Positions 1 through 10,376 are shown, numbered from the stretch's first letter. The stretch: DNA of 47,604 nucleotides from Haloferax elongans ATCC BAA-1513 (GCF_000336755.1 NZ_AOLK01000012.1:119150-166753); one strand, 5' to 3'. The notes: generated by a model from the sequence alone, not told the origin. Translations and numbers: made by a program.

Positions 1-96
1 ATGCGCGAGGCCGGGGCCGACGCCCTCCTCGTCGGAACCGCCATCATGGATGGTAACGTACGACAAAACACACGAAGACTGACCACATCGACATGA
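1..96 (+). CDS. trpC: Indole-3-glycerol phosphate synthase, C-terminal fragment (5' end outside window)
   Basis: Frame-1 ORF from the window edge ends TGA 94..96 and translates to ...[14 protein letters not shown]..., typical of the IGPS C-terminus. It overlaps the trpB ATG by ATGA, in trpCBA order. Confidence 0.6.
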   Translation: MREAGADALLVGTAIMDGNVRQNTRRLTTST

Positions 97-1331
97 GTGT
101 AGACGGAAAATTCGGCGATTACGGCGGACAGTACGTTCCCGAGGCCCTGATGCCGGCCATCGAGGAACTCGAAGACGCGTACGAGCGATACGTCCTGAAC
201 AACGAAGACGGCTTCATGGACGAGTTTCGGGCGCGACTGCGGGACTTTGGCGGGCGGCCAACTCCGCTTCAGCGTGCAGACCGGCTCTCGGAGCGATACG
301 ACCGCGAGGTATACCTCAAGCGCGAAGACCTCGTCCACGGCGGTGCACACAAGCTGAACAACGCGCTCGGTCAGGTCCTCTTGGCGAAGTACATGGGCAA
401 GGACCGCATCATCGCCGAGACCGGCGCTGGCCAGCACGGGACGGCGACAGCGATGGCCTGCGCGCACCTCGACATGCCCTGTGAAGTCTACATGGGCGAG
501 CGCGACATCAACCGCCAGCGCCCCAACGTCTTCCGAATGAAACTCAACGGTTCCGAGGTCAATCCCGTCACTGTCGGCCGCGGGACGCTCAAAGAAGCCA
601 TTTCCGAGACGATGCGCGACTGGGCGACGAACGTCGAAGACACCCACTACGTCATCGGCTCTGTGGTCGGTCCGCACCCCTTCCCGAGCATGGTTCGGGA
701 CTTCCAATCTGTCATCTCCGAAGAAGCGCGAACACAGGCCCGCGAGAAGATGGGTCGTCTCCCTGATGCCGTCCTCGCTTGCGCCGGTGGCGGGTCGAAC
801 ACGATGGGTGCGTTCGCGGAGTTCGTCGAAGACGACGAGACCGAACTCTACGCCGTCGAAGCGGGCGGTTCGACGCTCGACGTCGACGAGGGGGCGGGCG
901 TCGCGCCGAACTCCGCGTCGCTCACGACCGGGTCCGAGGGCGTGCTTCACGGCGCTCGCACGCGTCTCCTGCAGGACCACGACGGGCAGATTATGGAATC
1001 ACACTCCATCTCTTCCGGCCTCGACTACGCGGGCGTCGGACCGGAATTGGCTCACCTCGTCGATACCGGGCGCGTCACCGCCGTCAACGTCGACGATGAC
1101 GACGCGCTGACCGCCTTCCACCGCCTCTCACAGTTAGAGGGTATCATCCCTGCACTGGAGTCGGCACACGCCTTCGGCTACTTGGAGGAACACTCCGAGG
1201 AACTCGGCGAGTTCGTCGTCGTCAACCTCTCCGGTCGCGGCGACAAGGACCTCGAATCGGCCATCGAGGAGACCTACGAGCGCGACATCGATATCGCACC
1301 GAACATGGACGAGTTCACGGGGGGACTGTGA
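93..1331 (+). CDS. trpB: Tryptophan synthase beta subunit
   Basis: 412 aa. N-terminus [22 protein letters not shown] motif and PLP-fold TrpB signatures throughout. Start overlaps trpC stop. Confidence 0.95.
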   Translation: MSVDGKFGDYGGQYVPEALMPAIEELEDAYERYVLNNEDGFMDEFRARLRDFGGRPTPLQRADRLSERYDREVYLKREDLVHGGAHKLNNALGQVLLAKYMGKDRIIAETGAGQHGTATAMACAHLDMPCEVYMGERDINRQRPNVFRMKLNGSEVNPVTVGRGTLKEAISETMRDWATNVEDTHYVIGSVVGPHPFPSMVRDFQSVISEEARTQAREKMGRLPDAVLACAGGGSNTMGAFAEFVEDDETELYAVEAGGSTLDVDEGAGVAPNSASLTTGSEGVLHGARTRLLQDHDGQIMESHSISSGLDYAGVGPELAHLVDTGRVTAVNVDDDDALTAFHRLSQLEGIIPALESAHAFGYLEEHSEELGEFVVVNLSGRGDKDLESAIEETYERDIDIAPNMDEFTGGL

Positions 1332-2164
1332 TGTCGCTCGCAGACGCCTTCGCGGACGGCCCGGCGTTCGTCCCGTACCTCGTCGCTGGCGACCCGGATT
1401 ACGAATCGTCGCTCGAATACGTCGAGGCGCTCGAACGCGGCGGTGCCGACGTTATCGAACTCGGATTGCCCTTCTCGGAGCCAATCGCGGAAGGGCCGAC
1501 CATCCAGAACGCCATCGTCCGCGCGCTGGAAGGCGGGATGACGCCGGAGCGCTACTTCGAGTTCGTCGAAGACCTCGACGTGTCGATTCCGGTCGTCTGC
1601 ATGACCTACTACAACCTCATCTACCGCTACGGCGACGCGGAGGGACCGCGCCCGTTCGTCCAGAAAGCGGCCGAAGTCGGTATCGAAGGCTTCGTCGTTC
1701 CTGACCTCCCAGCCGAGGAAGCTGACCCGCTGCGTGAGGCCTGCGACGAGTTCGGTCTCGACCTCGTGTTCATCGTCGCGCCGACGACGCGCGGCGACCG
1801 CCTCGACCGCATCATGCAGCAGGTTTCGGGCTACGTCTACGTGCAGGCACGTCTCGGCACGACGGGCGCAAAGTCGAACGTGTCCGACCAGACCGGGTCC
1901 AGTCTCGACCGCCTGTCCGACTACGACGTACCCAAGGCCGTCGGATTCGGAATCAGTAGCGGTGAACACGCAGAACGCATCGTCCGAGGCGGCGCTGACG
2001 GTATCATCGTCGGCAGCGCACTCGTGGACATCGTCGCCCAAGGATACGAGGACGGTGATTCCGCGAAAACGACCGCAGAACGCCTCGAAACGCTCGCTCG
2101 CGAACTCAAATCAGGTGCGGTAGATGGCGTCTCGCAACGCCCACCGCATTCGGAACGCACATAA
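1331..2164 (+). CDS. trpA: Tryptophan synthase alpha subunit
   Basis: ATG 1331 overlaps the trpB TGA (gTGATG). The alternative GTG at 1328 is less likely. The protein ...[11 protein letters not shown]...[21 protein letters not shown]... is canonical TrpA. Confidence 0.93.
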   Translation: MSLADAFADGPAFVPYLVAGDPDYESSLEYVEALERGGADVIELGLPFSEPIAEGPTIQNAIVRALEGGMTPERYFEFVEDLDVSIPVVCMTYYNLIYRYGDAEGPRPFVQKAAEVGIEGFVVPDLPAEEADPLREACDEFGLDLVFIVAPTTRGDRLDRIMQQVSGYVYVQARLGTTGAKSNVSDQTGSSLDRLSDYDVPKAVGFGISSGEHAERIVRGGADGIIVGSALVDIVAQGYEDGDSAKTTAERLETLARELKSGAVDGVSQRPPHSERT

Positions 2165-2188
2165 CTGCTCTGTCACCCTTTCACAAAC

Positions 2189-2989
2189 ATGAACACTGAC
2201 GTTGGAATCTCGGCACGACTGGAACGCATCTCCACTGACGGACGATACCTCGTCGTCCCGATGGACCACGGCATCACACTCGGCCCGGTCAAAGGCCTCG
2301 TAGACATCGAATCGACAATCGACGGTATCACACGGGGCGGCGCTGACGCCGTCCTCACACACAAAGGGACAGCACCCAGAGTACACCCGAATAAAAACGG
2401 CAAAGGATACATCGTCCACGTCAACGGCTCGACGGTTATCGGCCCGGACGAAAGCGATAAACGACTCACCGGGACCGTCGAAGACGCGCTGCGCGTCGGT
2501 GCCGACGCCGTCTCCTTCCACATCAACGTCGGGTCGGAACACGAACCCGACCAGATGACGCAACTCGCAAACCTCTGTTCTCGCGCTGCTGACTTCGGTG
2601 TCCCCGTCCTCGCGATGTCCTACGCGCGCGGTCCCGACATCGACGAACAGGACCCCGAAGCACTCGCCCACGCCGTCCGCCTCGCAGAAGAAGTCGGCGC
2701 AGACGTGGTCAAGACGGCCTACAGCGGCGACGCCGAGTCGTTCAGCCGCGTCGTCGAAGCCACGCGCCTCCCGGTCGTCATCGCTGGCGGCAGTCGCGGC
2801 ACGGACCGCGAGACGGTCGAGATGGTCCGCGGGACGATGGACGCCGGTGCTGCCGGTGTCTCGATGGGACGGTCTATCTTCCAGCACGACGACCCCGAAG
2901 CCATCACCCGCGCCGTGAGCGCGGTCATCCACGACGACGCCGACATCGATTCGGCGCTCGAACGCGCCGGACTGAGCCTCGAAGCGTAA
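2189..2989 (+). CDS. aroA': 2-amino-3,7-dideoxy-D-threo-hept-6-ulosonate synthase (class I aldolase, DhnA family; archaeal AroA')
   Basis: 266 aa DhnA-type class I aldolase fold (...VVPMDHGITLGP...). It lies immediately beside aroB' and trp genes, the typical arrangement for the archaeal alternative DHQ pathway. Confidence 0.8.
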   Translation: MNTDVGISARLERISTDGRYLVVPMDHGITLGPVKGLVDIESTIDGITRGGADAVLTHKGTAPRVHPNKNGKGYIVHVNGSTVIGPDESDKRLTGTVEDALRVGADAVSFHINVGSEHEPDQMTQLANLCSRAADFGVPVLAMSYARGPDIDEQDPEALAHAVRLAEEVGADVVKTAYSGDAESFSRVVEATRLPVVIAGGSRGTDRETVEMVRGTMDAGAAGVSMGRSIFQHDDPEAITRAVSAVIHDDADIDSALERAGLSLEA

Positions 2990-3066
2990 CGCCGCGTTTC
3001 TGTCACGGCTGTTTCCTCTTCTCGCATCGCATATCGGCATCGTCCGCATCCACACGCCATAGATAG

Positions 3067-3516
3067 ATGGTCGCCGAGTGCGAACGGTGGTCGATGCACG
3101 TGACGATGTGGGGGTTCGACGTGGAACTGGACGAGCAACTGGTCGACACCTCCTCCGACGACCTGCGCACACAGCTATCTGAGTACGAAGCGGGCGCGCG
3201 CCGGTCGTTCGCCGCCGACGTTTGCATCCCCGACTCGTTCACCGGTGCGGTGATGCGAGCGATGCTCGACATCCCGTACGGTGAAACGCGAACCTACGGG
3301 GAGATTGCCGAGTCGGTAGGCGGCCACGCTGTCGCCGTCGGACAGGCCTGCGGGCGGAACCCCGTCCCGGTCGTCGTTCCGTGTCACCGTGTCGTCGGTT
3401 CGGACTCTCTTGGTGGGTTCTCTGCCGCCGGTGGGACCGACCTAAAGCGTGCACTCCTCGAACACGAACGCGACCGGGAGACGACACAGTCAGACCTGTC
3501 TGCGTATCGTTCCTAA
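3067..3516 (+). CDS. ogt: Methylated-DNA--protein-cysteine methyltransferase (O6-alkylguanine-DNA alkyltransferase)
   Basis: Active-site PCHRVV motif and C-terminal HTH (...YGEIAESVGGHAVAVGQACGRNPVPVVVPCHRVV...). The start could instead be ATG 3097. Confidence 0.85.
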   Translation: MVAECERWSMHVTMWGFDVELDEQLVDTSSDDLRTQLSEYEAGARRSFAADVCIPDSFTGAVMRAMLDIPYGETRTYGEIAESVGGHAVAVGQACGRNPVPVVVPCHRVVGSDSLGGFSAAGGTDLKRALLEHERDRETTQSDLSAYRS

Positions 3517-3912
3517 TCGACACGCGAGAGGGACGCATCCTCCTCCACCACGCTAACTGACGCCCTGGCGATTCTCGCGCTCGACGTCGAGTCTATCCAC
3601 GTTTCACTCACAAAGGCGGGTCAGTAGCACAATTTTGAGATTTCATATCGCAGTATAGGATTTACACCTCGGGGCTGGGATGCCTCTGAAGATGAAGAAA
3701 TACACTCTCAACGGTCCTACCGAAGGTTTTCTGCTGTTAACTCAATTAGGTGGGCTGGAGACGTTCTGTTCCAAAACAGAGTCGCATCTGAGCGTAGGAC
3801 ACGGTGCGCCGTGCTGCTTCGAGACACGTCTGCCCGGTGCCGGGGCGGAGCGAGATGTCTACGACACCACCCAACTGAAAATTAAAGAACCCCTGTCGAA
3901 TACACGAGTCTG

Positions 3913-4107
3913 ATGACACTCAGTGTCGAACGGTTCGCCTCTGAGACGACCATCGGCAGGTGGATGCAACTCGTCGGCCTGACAGTAATACTACTCGCGG
4001 GTGCAGACTATTTGGGATTCGTCGACGTGGTCTCGACGAGTGTGTACGCCATCGTGTTGTGTTCTATCGGCGCCGTTCGGTGGATTGCCGAGCGTCGCGC
4101 AAAATAG
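3913..4107 (+). CDS. Hypothetical small membrane protein (64 aa, two predicted TM segments)
   Basis: ORF with two hydrophobic stretches inside the 1.1 kb low-GC island. No recognisable family. Confidence 0.25.
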   Translation: MTLSVERFASETTIGRWMQLVGLTVILLAGADYLGFVDVVSTSVYAIVLCSIGAVRWIAERRAK

Positions 4108-4663
4108 CATACCCCGAAATCGAGTTCCCTGTAGGACGGCAATTAGCTTTGACGAACCAGTATCTCGTACGAAGCACCTCACGCGGAATGACTTCTTCTG
4201 GGTGTGAACCCCCCGGAGTTGCGTACTGGATTACAGTGCTCACGAGTCACCCGACCGGGCGTCTTCAACGTGGGTGTGACATTGGGGGATACAAACGAAT
4301 CGCCCCATCAGCGAGGCTCCCGATAGCGGAACTCGAATCGTAAACTCGCTCTTGCGATAGCGAACCCCTCTCCATCTCAACCCTCCTCTCCATCTCAATC
4401 CTCGGTCTTACCCTAACCTGGGTTTCCATCTCGCTGCGAATATTCGTGGGTCTCGGTGACGGTCTTCTCCGGGTAGCAGCGTCGCTGTCTATCTCTACTG
4501 TACTCAGCCCTCAACTGAGCCGATTTTTGTGCCATATCGCCTCGATAAATCATATACCACGATATAAAATCGACATTCTCGGTTCAACGAGAAGTGAGTA
4601 TTCTGCCCGCCCGCTGTTGATTCATCCGCCACGTTCAAGCCTGACCACCGAGTGGAGTCGATA

Positions 4664-5839
4664 ATGACACGCAGCGTCTGGCTCAAAGCCGACGACACGG
4701 TCGGCGACTGGGAGACGCGGAAGCGACGCATCACGGCGGGCCTCGAAGCCGGTGTCGACTGGGTCCTCGTCGACGAGGACGACGTCAAGAAGGTGCGCGA
4801 ACTCGGTGACGTGAAAGTCGCCGCGTTCCGCACCGACGCCGACGTCCACGTGATGGAAGCAGAAGGTGACGAAGACGGCGGGTCGCTCGCCGACGCCTAC
4901 ATCGTCGGCAAAGACGGCGAAGGCGACGCGACAGTCGACCTCCCCTCTGACTTCTCTGGGTCTGCAGATCTGACGACGCTCCGCCGCGGCGACGACCACG
5001 CAAACGGGTCGTACATCCGCATTCTGAGCAAGGACTACGAATCGTTCGCTGAAGAGGCCGCCCGCGACGGCGACCACACAATCGTCGTCGGCGAGGACTG
5101 GACTATCATCCCGCTGGAGAATCTCATCGCCCGCATCGGCGAAGAGACCGAACTCATCGCTGGCGTCACGACCGCCGAGGAAGCGAAGACTGCCTTCGAG
5201 ACGTTGGAGATTGGGTCCGACGGCGTCCTCCTCGACAGCGATGACCACGACGAGATTCGAAAGACCGTCGAGGTCCGCGACGAGGCAGAGCGTGAGTCGC
5301 TCGACCTCGTGTGGGCCGAAATTCAGGAAGTCGAACGCACGGGCATGGCCGACCGGGTCTGTGTCGACACTGGCTCGCTCATGGAACACGACGAGGGGAT
5401 GCTCGTCGGGTCGATGGCTCGCGGCCTTTTCTTTGTGCACGCCGAGACGGCGGAGTCCCCGTACGTCGCGTCTCGGCCATTCAGAGTCAACGCCGGTGCA
5501 GTCCACGCGTACGCCCGAACCCCCGACGGCGGGACGACGTACCTCTCGGAACTCGAAAGCGGCGACGAGGTACAACTCATCGACACTGACGGCCACACCC
5601 GCGAGGCCATCGTCGGACGCGTGAAGATAGAAAAGCGGCCGATGTTCCGCGTCGTCGCCGACTACGAGGGCGACCGAGTCGCGACGCTCCTCCAGAACGC
5701 CGAGACCATCAAGGTTCCCACCAAAGAGGGACGAACCGCAGTGACCGACCTCGAACCCGGTGACGAGGTACTCATCTACTACGAAGACACTGCTCGGCAC
5801 TTCGGCGAAGCGGTCGAAGAGAGCATCATCGAGAAGTAA
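4664..5839 (+). CDS. aroB': 3-dehydroquinate synthase II (archaeal AroB')
   Basis: About 390 aa with N-terminus [10 protein letters not shown]..., typical of the DHQ synthase II family. The ORF also has an upstream GTG at 4652. Adjacent to aroA' and aroD. Confidence 0.85.
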   Translation: MTRSVWLKADDTVGDWETRKRRITAGLEAGVDWVLVDEDDVKKVRELGDVKVAAFRTDADVHVMEAEGDEDGGSLADAYIVGKDGEGDATVDLPSDFSGSADLTTLRRGDDHANGSYIRILSKDYESFAEEAARDGDHTIVVGEDWTIIPLENLIARIGEETELIAGVTTAEEAKTAFETLEIGSDGVLLDSDDHDEIRKTVEVRDEAERESLDLVWAEIQEVERTGMADRVCVDTGSLMEHDEGMLVGSMARGLFFVHAETAESPYVASRPFRVNAGAVHAYARTPDGGTTYLSELESGDEVQLIDTDGHTREAIVGRVKIEKRPMFRVVADYEGDRVATLLQNAETIKVPTKEGRTAVTDLEPGDEVLIYYEDTARHFGEAVEESIIEK

Positions 5840-5848
5840 CGCGCCGTT

Positions 5849-6247
5849 TTACTGCTCTTCGGTGTGCCATTCGAGTTCTTCGGCACACCACGGACAAAAG
5901 TCGAGATTCCGGTCGAGTCCACCGCCGCAGGCAGGACAGGTTGGTTGCCCGTCGTTCTGCTGGTGCCCCGGTCCTCGCATTCCGATTCGATAGGCGTCCA
6001 GCGCGCTGAGGAAGAGGAGTCCGACGATAGGGACGGTCACTTCGGTCGGCAGTTCGCTGAGCGTCGCCGTCGCCGGGTCGGCAAATGCCGACAGTAAGAC
6101 CAGCCCGGCACCGACGACGAACGTGAACCACGCGATAGCGCGTCGCCACTCGCGGAGGTAGACGTGCCCAGCGCCGGCGATTCCGAGCGATGCACCCAGA
6201 ATCCCGACGAGGGCGGCCACGAGCGCGCGACGACGAGCATCGGCCAT
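5849..6247 (-). CDS. Membrane protein with C-terminal zinc-ribbon (CPACG...CPWC)
   Basis: 132 aa with three hydrophobic segments and a C-terminal Cys4 ribbon. The start lies 28 nt downstream of the aroD stop on the same strand, so likely co-transcribed. Confidence 0.5.
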   Translation of the reverse strand: MADARRRALVAALVGILGASLGIAGAGHVYLREWRRAIAWFTFVVGAGLVLLSAFADPATATLSELPTEVTVPIVGLLFLSALDAYRIGMRGPGHQQNDGQPTCPACGGGLDRNLDFCPWCAEELEWHTEEQ

Positions 6248-6274
6248 CGTGCGTGGCGGTCGTTGTCTGCCGCC

Positions 6275-6970
6275 TTAAACGTCCGGTTTGCTGGACAGGT
6301 CGCCGACGAGGGTTCGGAGCGTCGCGACGTCGTACTGTCCCGGCGCGGTCGCGTCTTCGGGGTCGACCGGCGCATAGCCGATTTTCGACCCGTACACTGG
6401 TGCGACGGCGCGGGTGTGTCTGCCCGCCTCGCCCATCGCCATCGTCGCGACGGTGTCATCCCACTCGGTCGCCGCGCGTGTCACGTCCAGCAGGCGAAGC
6501 GCGTCTGCGTCGGTGTGGGCGGTGACGGCGAGTTTCCCGACATCGCCGAGCGTGGCCGCCTCGTGAAGGAGTCGTGTGAGTTCCGACCGAGCTGGCGTTC
6601 GGTCGAAGTCGTGGACGGACGCGATGACGTCGACGTCGACTGCGCGGGCGCGAGTCGCGGCGTCGACGCCGACCGCTTTGTGGAGGCTTTCGAGTTCGAT
6701 ATCGACAGCGGCCACGGCGTCGGTCTCCGCGGCCGCGACGAGTGCATCGAGGCGGTCGACTTCGTCGCCATCGGCCTCACCGCCTTCCCACTCCGCGCGG
6801 TTCGTCGCGATAATCGGGAGGTCCCCGTCGTAGTCGTCGAGCGCCGAAAGGGGGTCGTCGGCGAGGTCCATCCGGAATTCGATGGCGTCTGCGTCGGCTC
6901 TGGCGGCGGGTTCGTCGCCGAGGCCGGCGGTACTCGCTGCGAGAACGAACGAATCGAACGAGAGGTCCAT
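6275..6970 (-). CDS. aroD: 3-dehydroquinate dehydratase, type I
   Basis: 231 aa of type I DHQase size; the ...LAVTAHTDADALRLL... and ...MAMGEAGRHTRAVAPVYGSKIGYAP... stretches resemble the family's conserved catalytic region, though the catalytic Lys was not aligned. Completes the aro cluster. Confidence 0.75.
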   Translation of the reverse strand: MDLSFDSFVLAASTAGLGDEPAARADADAIEFRMDLADDPLSALDDYDGDLPIIATNRAEWEGGEADGDEVDRLDALVAAAETDAVAAVDIELESLHKAVGVDAATRARAVDVDVIASVHDFDRTPARSELTRLLHEAATLGDVGKLAVTAHTDADALRLLDVTRAATEWDDTVATMAMGEAGRHTRAVAPVYGSKIGYAPVDPEDATAPGQYDVATLRTLVGDLSSKPDV

Positions 6971-7081
6971 ACTCGAAACTGTGTCGGCGGGGACTAAATC
7001 GGTGTCCGTGCCTGCAAACGTCCGTGGGACAGTCAGGCGTCGGCGGCGAAAGAGAGTGGCGCGTCGCCGACGAGTGCGCAG

Positions 7082-8191
7082 TCAGTCGTCGTCCGCGTCG
7101 AGTTCCTCAGTCGCGTCGCTGTCGGCGACCGCGTCACCGTGCGTACTGCGTGCGTCCGTGTCGTCGACCGGTTCGTGCTCGGTCACGAACCGGCGATTGT
7201 CACCCGACTCGGTCTTCGTGACCGACGAGACGGCATACAGACGGATGTCTCGTTCCTGTTTGGTCACGACTGGGAAGTCGTAGTAGGTCGCGTCGTAGCC
7301 CGGTTCGTCGTCTCTGTCGGCGACGAAGTCACGGTGTGCGTCGAGTCGGGCTTCGACCGCAGCGCGCGAGCGGTCACAGATATCCGCCAGCCGGTCTTCG
7401 AACGCGTCCACGAGCCCTGCATCGAGGTCGTAGCCGACCGAGTTTCGCCCGGCGAGCATCGCTGCCAACGTGGTGGTTCCGGTTCCGACGAACGGGTCGT
7501 ACACAGTGTCGCCGTACACCGAGTACATCCGAATGAGTCGGAGCGGCAGTTCGACCGGGAACGCGGCCGAGCGCTCTCTGTCCCCTGAATCGAGACGCTG
7601 TTCGGTGCCCGTGAACTCCCAGAGGTCGGAGAACCACTCGTTTCGCTCTTCCCAAAAGAAGGCGCTCTCGTAGCGGTCATCGTCGCCCGGTGGGAACGAG
7701 CGCGAGTCGCCCTTGCGCACGATGAGGACGTACTCGTGTTCGAGCGTGACGTAGGCGTTGGTCGGGAGCGTCCCCGACCCCATGAACTTGGTGAGGCGAT
7801 TGGTCGGCTTTCGCCAGAGTGCATCGGGAAGCGGAGAGAGGCCACGCTCGGAGAGCGCCGTCAGGATGCGGGCGTGATTCGGATACAACCGAAACGACCC
7901 GCCGAGGCTGCGCGTCGCGTCGCCGACGTTGATACACGCGAGGCCACCTGGTGCGAGGACGCGTTCGAGTTCGTCCCACACTGCGTCGAGTTGGTCGTGC
8001 ATGGCCTCGAACGCCGCTTGGCCGTCGCCCGCGTCGAGCGCGTCGGCGACTGCGTCGTCGCGAGCCGAAAAGAGGTCGTCCCACATCTCTATCATGGGGT
8101 ACGGTGGGGAGGTGACGACGAGGTCCACGCTCCCGTCGTCGAGTTCGGTGTCGGCGGCGTCGCCCACGCGAAGGGCGTGTTCCGTGCGCAT
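7082..8191 (-). CDS. Orphan beta-class amino-DNA methyltransferase (N4-cytosine or N6-adenine; candidate CTAG-specific Zim/HVO_0794-like enzyme)
   Basis: 369 aa. TSPPY (motif IV) lies N-terminal to the AdoMet-binding DPFVGTGTT (motif I), which is beta-class permuted order. There is a ParB-like/DUF N-terminal region and an acidic C-terminal tail. No restriction endonuclease gene is adjacent. Confidence 0.8.
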   Translation of the reverse strand: MRTEHALRVGDAADTELDDGSVDLVVTSPPYPMIEMWDDLFSARDDAVADALDAGDGQAAFEAMHDQLDAVWDELERVLAPGGLACINVGDATRSLGGSFRLYPNHARILTALSERGLSPLPDALWRKPTNRLTKFMGSGTLPTNAYVTLEHEYVLIVRKGDSRSFPPGDDDRYESAFFWEERNEWFSDLWEFTGTEQRLDSGDRERSAAFPVELPLRLIRMYSVYGDTVYDPFVGTGTTTLAAMLAGRNSVGYDLDAGLVDAFEDRLADICDRSRAAVEARLDAHRDFVADRDDEPGYDATYYDFPVVTKQERDIRLYAVSSVTKTESGDNRRFVTEHEPVDDTDARSTHGDAVADSDATEELDADDD

Positions 8192-8340
8192 CGTACGGAC
8201 GTGTCGCTCTCACGTCAAAACGTTTCTCCCCGACTGAGCTCGAAACCACACCGGAATCAGCCGACAGCGCCGCCGCTCAGCTATCGAATAAGCGAGGATA
8301 TGTCGCGACCGGTCTGAAAGTGCCGTCGCGGAGTGATACC

Positions 8341-9345
8341 TTAGACGAGGCCGAGGTTCTCCTCGGCTTCGAGGAGTTCGTGATAGCGGTTGCGGATGGT
8401 GACTTCCGAGATGTCGGCAACTTCGCTGACTGCGGCCTGCGTCGTCTTCTCGTTGGTGAGGAGTGCGGCAGCGTAGACGGCGGCGGCAGCGAGGCCGACC
8501 GGCGACTTACCCGAGTGGACGCCCTTTTCCTTGGCGTTCTTCAGGAGTTTGCGAGCACGCATCTTCGACTCGTCCGAGAGGCCGAGTTCGCTGGCGAAGC
8601 GGGGGACGTACTGCTCGGGGTCGGCGGGCTTGACTTCGAGCGAGAGTTCGCGGGCGATGTAGCGGTAGGTACGGGCGACTTCGCTCTTCTCGACGCGCGA
8701 GACTTCCGCAATCTCGTCGAGCGAACGGGGGACGCCGGCCATGCGGGCAGCGGCGTAGGTACACGAGGTGGCGACACCCTCGATAGAACGGCCGGGAAGC
8801 AGGTCGTCGTCGAGTGCGCGGCGGTAGATGACAGATGCCGTCTCGCGAACGTTCTCGGGAAGACCGAGCGCGGAGGCCATCCGGTCGATTTCACCGAGTG
8901 CCTGCTTCAGGTTGCGTTCCTTGGAGTCGCGGGTGCGGAAGCGCTCGTTCCACTTGCGGAGGCGCTGCATCTTCTGGCGCTGGCGAGCGCCCAGCGAGTT
9001 CCCGTAGGCGTCACGGTCGCGCCAGTCGATGTTGGTCGAAAGACCCTTGTCGTGCATCGTGTTCGTCGTCGGTGCACCGACGCGGGACTTTTCGTCTTTC
9101 TCGCGAGCGTCGAACGCGCGCCACTCGGGGCCGCGGTCGACCGAATCGGCGGTGACGACGAGACCACAGTCGTCACAGACAGTCTCACCGTGTTCGTCGT
9201 CGGTGACGACGTGGCCGCCACACTCGGGACACTTGAGCGTGTCTCCCTTGGTGGTCTCTTCTTCCTCTTGGCTCTGTCGTCGGCCTCGCTGTTTCTGTTT
9301 CTGCTCCTGTGCGCCGGGGTTTCGGGTCCAAATTCGTTCACTCAT
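8341..9345 (-). CDS. tfb: Transcription initiation factor IIB (TFB paralog)
   Basis: 334 aa. N-terminal Zn ribbon CPECGG...CDDCG followed by two cyclin-fold repeats (...ASALGLPENVRETASVIYRRA... / ...ASELGLSDESKMRARKLL...). Confidence 0.95.
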   Translation of the reverse strand: MSERIWTRNPGAQEQKQKQRGRRQSQEEEETTKGDTLKCPECGGHVVTDDEHGETVCDDCGLVVTADSVDRGPEWRAFDAREKDEKSRVGAPTTNTMHDKGLSTNIDWRDRDAYGNSLGARQRQKMQRLRKWNERFRTRDSKERNLKQALGEIDRMASALGLPENVRETASVIYRRALDDDLLPGRSIEGVATSCTYAAARMAGVPRSLDEIAEVSRVEKSEVARTYRYIARELSLEVKPADPEQYVPRFASELGLSDESKMRARKLLKNAKEKGVHSGKSPVGLAAAAVYAAALLTNEKTTQAAVSEVADISEVTIRNRYHELLEAEENLGLV

Positions 9346-9581
9346 GGCTACGACGGCGGGTGCTCCGGAAGGGGGGATTAGATTCGGCTAGAACCCGGAG
9401 GCGGTCCGTAACACGTACGACCGCAGACGAACGCATAAATGGTTTGGTATCGCCCGCCGGTTGTCCACAATTTTTGTGTGTAGACGCCCCACACGGACCA
9501 TTTACTCGCCTCCCGAACTCGTGTCTCCTCCGGACACAGGGGACACGATACATATTTTTCTCGCAGGTGCGTTTGCGGACT

Positions 9582-10376
9582 ATGCGCACGGACTCTCCGC
9601 CCCGAGTCGTTTCGTTGGCCCCGAGTGCGGCGGCCATCCTCGACGCGGCCGGTCTCGCCGCTCGAATCGTCGGCGCGACCGCTCACTCTCCGCTCAACCG
9701 ACCCCTCGTGGGGGGATGGCTGAACCCCGACTTCGAGCGTCTCGACGAACTCGGCCCGGACGTCGTCTGCACGAGCGACCCACTGCAGCAGGACGTCGCT
9801 ACCGAGGTCCGTAACCACGGCTACGAGGTACACCACGTCGAACCATCGACACTCGACGAGGTGTTCGAGACCTTCCCGAGAATCTGTGCGGCCGCGGGCG
9901 ACGCCAGCGCCGGTGACCGACTCGCCGACGACTGCCGAGCGCACCTCTCGCGTGTCGCAGACGCTGTCTCCAGCCGCGACGCTCCCGAAGTCTACTGCGA
10001 GGAGTGGGCCGACCCGCCGATGGCGGCCGGAAACTGGGTTCCAGACGTGGTTCGCGCCGCCGGTGGGTCGTACTCACTCGTCGATGCGGGCGAGCGCTCG
10101 ACCGAAGTCTCCGGCGACGAAGTTGCCGCCGAAGACCCGGACCACGTCGTTCTCCACCCGTGCGGCAAGGGCGAACGCGGCGACCCCGAAGCGTTCGAAT
10201 CTCGCGGCTGGAACGTCGATGCGGCCGTCCACGCTGTCGACGACTCGCTTCTCAATCAACCGAGTCCCGCGCTCGTCGGCGGTGTCGACCGGCTTGCCCG
10301 ACTGTTCCACCCCGACGCCGACCTCCCCGAACCGTGGGTTCCGACCGCCGAGACAGAATCCGATGGAGCGATATGA
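9582..10376 (+). CDS. TroA/BtuF-like periplasmic-binding-protein-fold protein (cobalamin/iron-siderophore type)
   Basis: About 264 aa from ATG 9582 (MRTDSPPRVVSLAPSAAAILDAAGL...), with the class III PBP 'helical backbone' pattern. The long upstream extension of the ORF track (from 9309) is not supported. No signal peptide is evident. Confidence 0.6.
   Translation: MRTDSPPRVVSLAPSAAAILDAAGLAARIVGATAHSPLNRPLVGGWLNPDFERLDELGPDVVCTSDPLQQDVATEVRNHGYEVHHVEPSTLDEVFETFPRICAAAGDASAGDRLADDCRAHLSRVADAVSSRDAPEVYCEEWADPPMAAGNWVPDVVRAAGGSYSLVDAGERSTEVSGDEVAAEDPDHVVLHPCGKGERGDPEAFESRGWNVDAAVHAVDDSLLNQPSPALVGGVDRLARLFHPDADLPEPWVPTAETESDGAI

Noticed and set aside
3680-3913. 77-aa ORF MPLKMKKYTLNGPTEG... inside the low-GC island
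   Set aside because: No family and no hydrophobic or structural pattern. Its codon usage is atypical for this genome. It more probably lies within a non-coding or sRNA region.
3600-4650. Possible RNase P RNA, SRP (7S) RNA or tRNA in the low-GC island
   Set aside because: No P4 CR-I/CR-V-like blocks (GGAAAGTCCGG / ACAnAAnnCGGCUUA), no SRP helix-8 motif and no tRNA T-loop (GTTCGAATC-like) or cloverleaf could be found by eye. Kept only as an unassigned anomaly.
9309-9581. Upstream 91-codon extension of the PBP-fold gene in the ORF track (MRRGFGSKFVHSWLRRRV...)
   Set aside because: It overlaps the divergent tfb promoter/5' region, has a basic low-complexity composition, and the PBP homology starts only at the internal ATG 9582.
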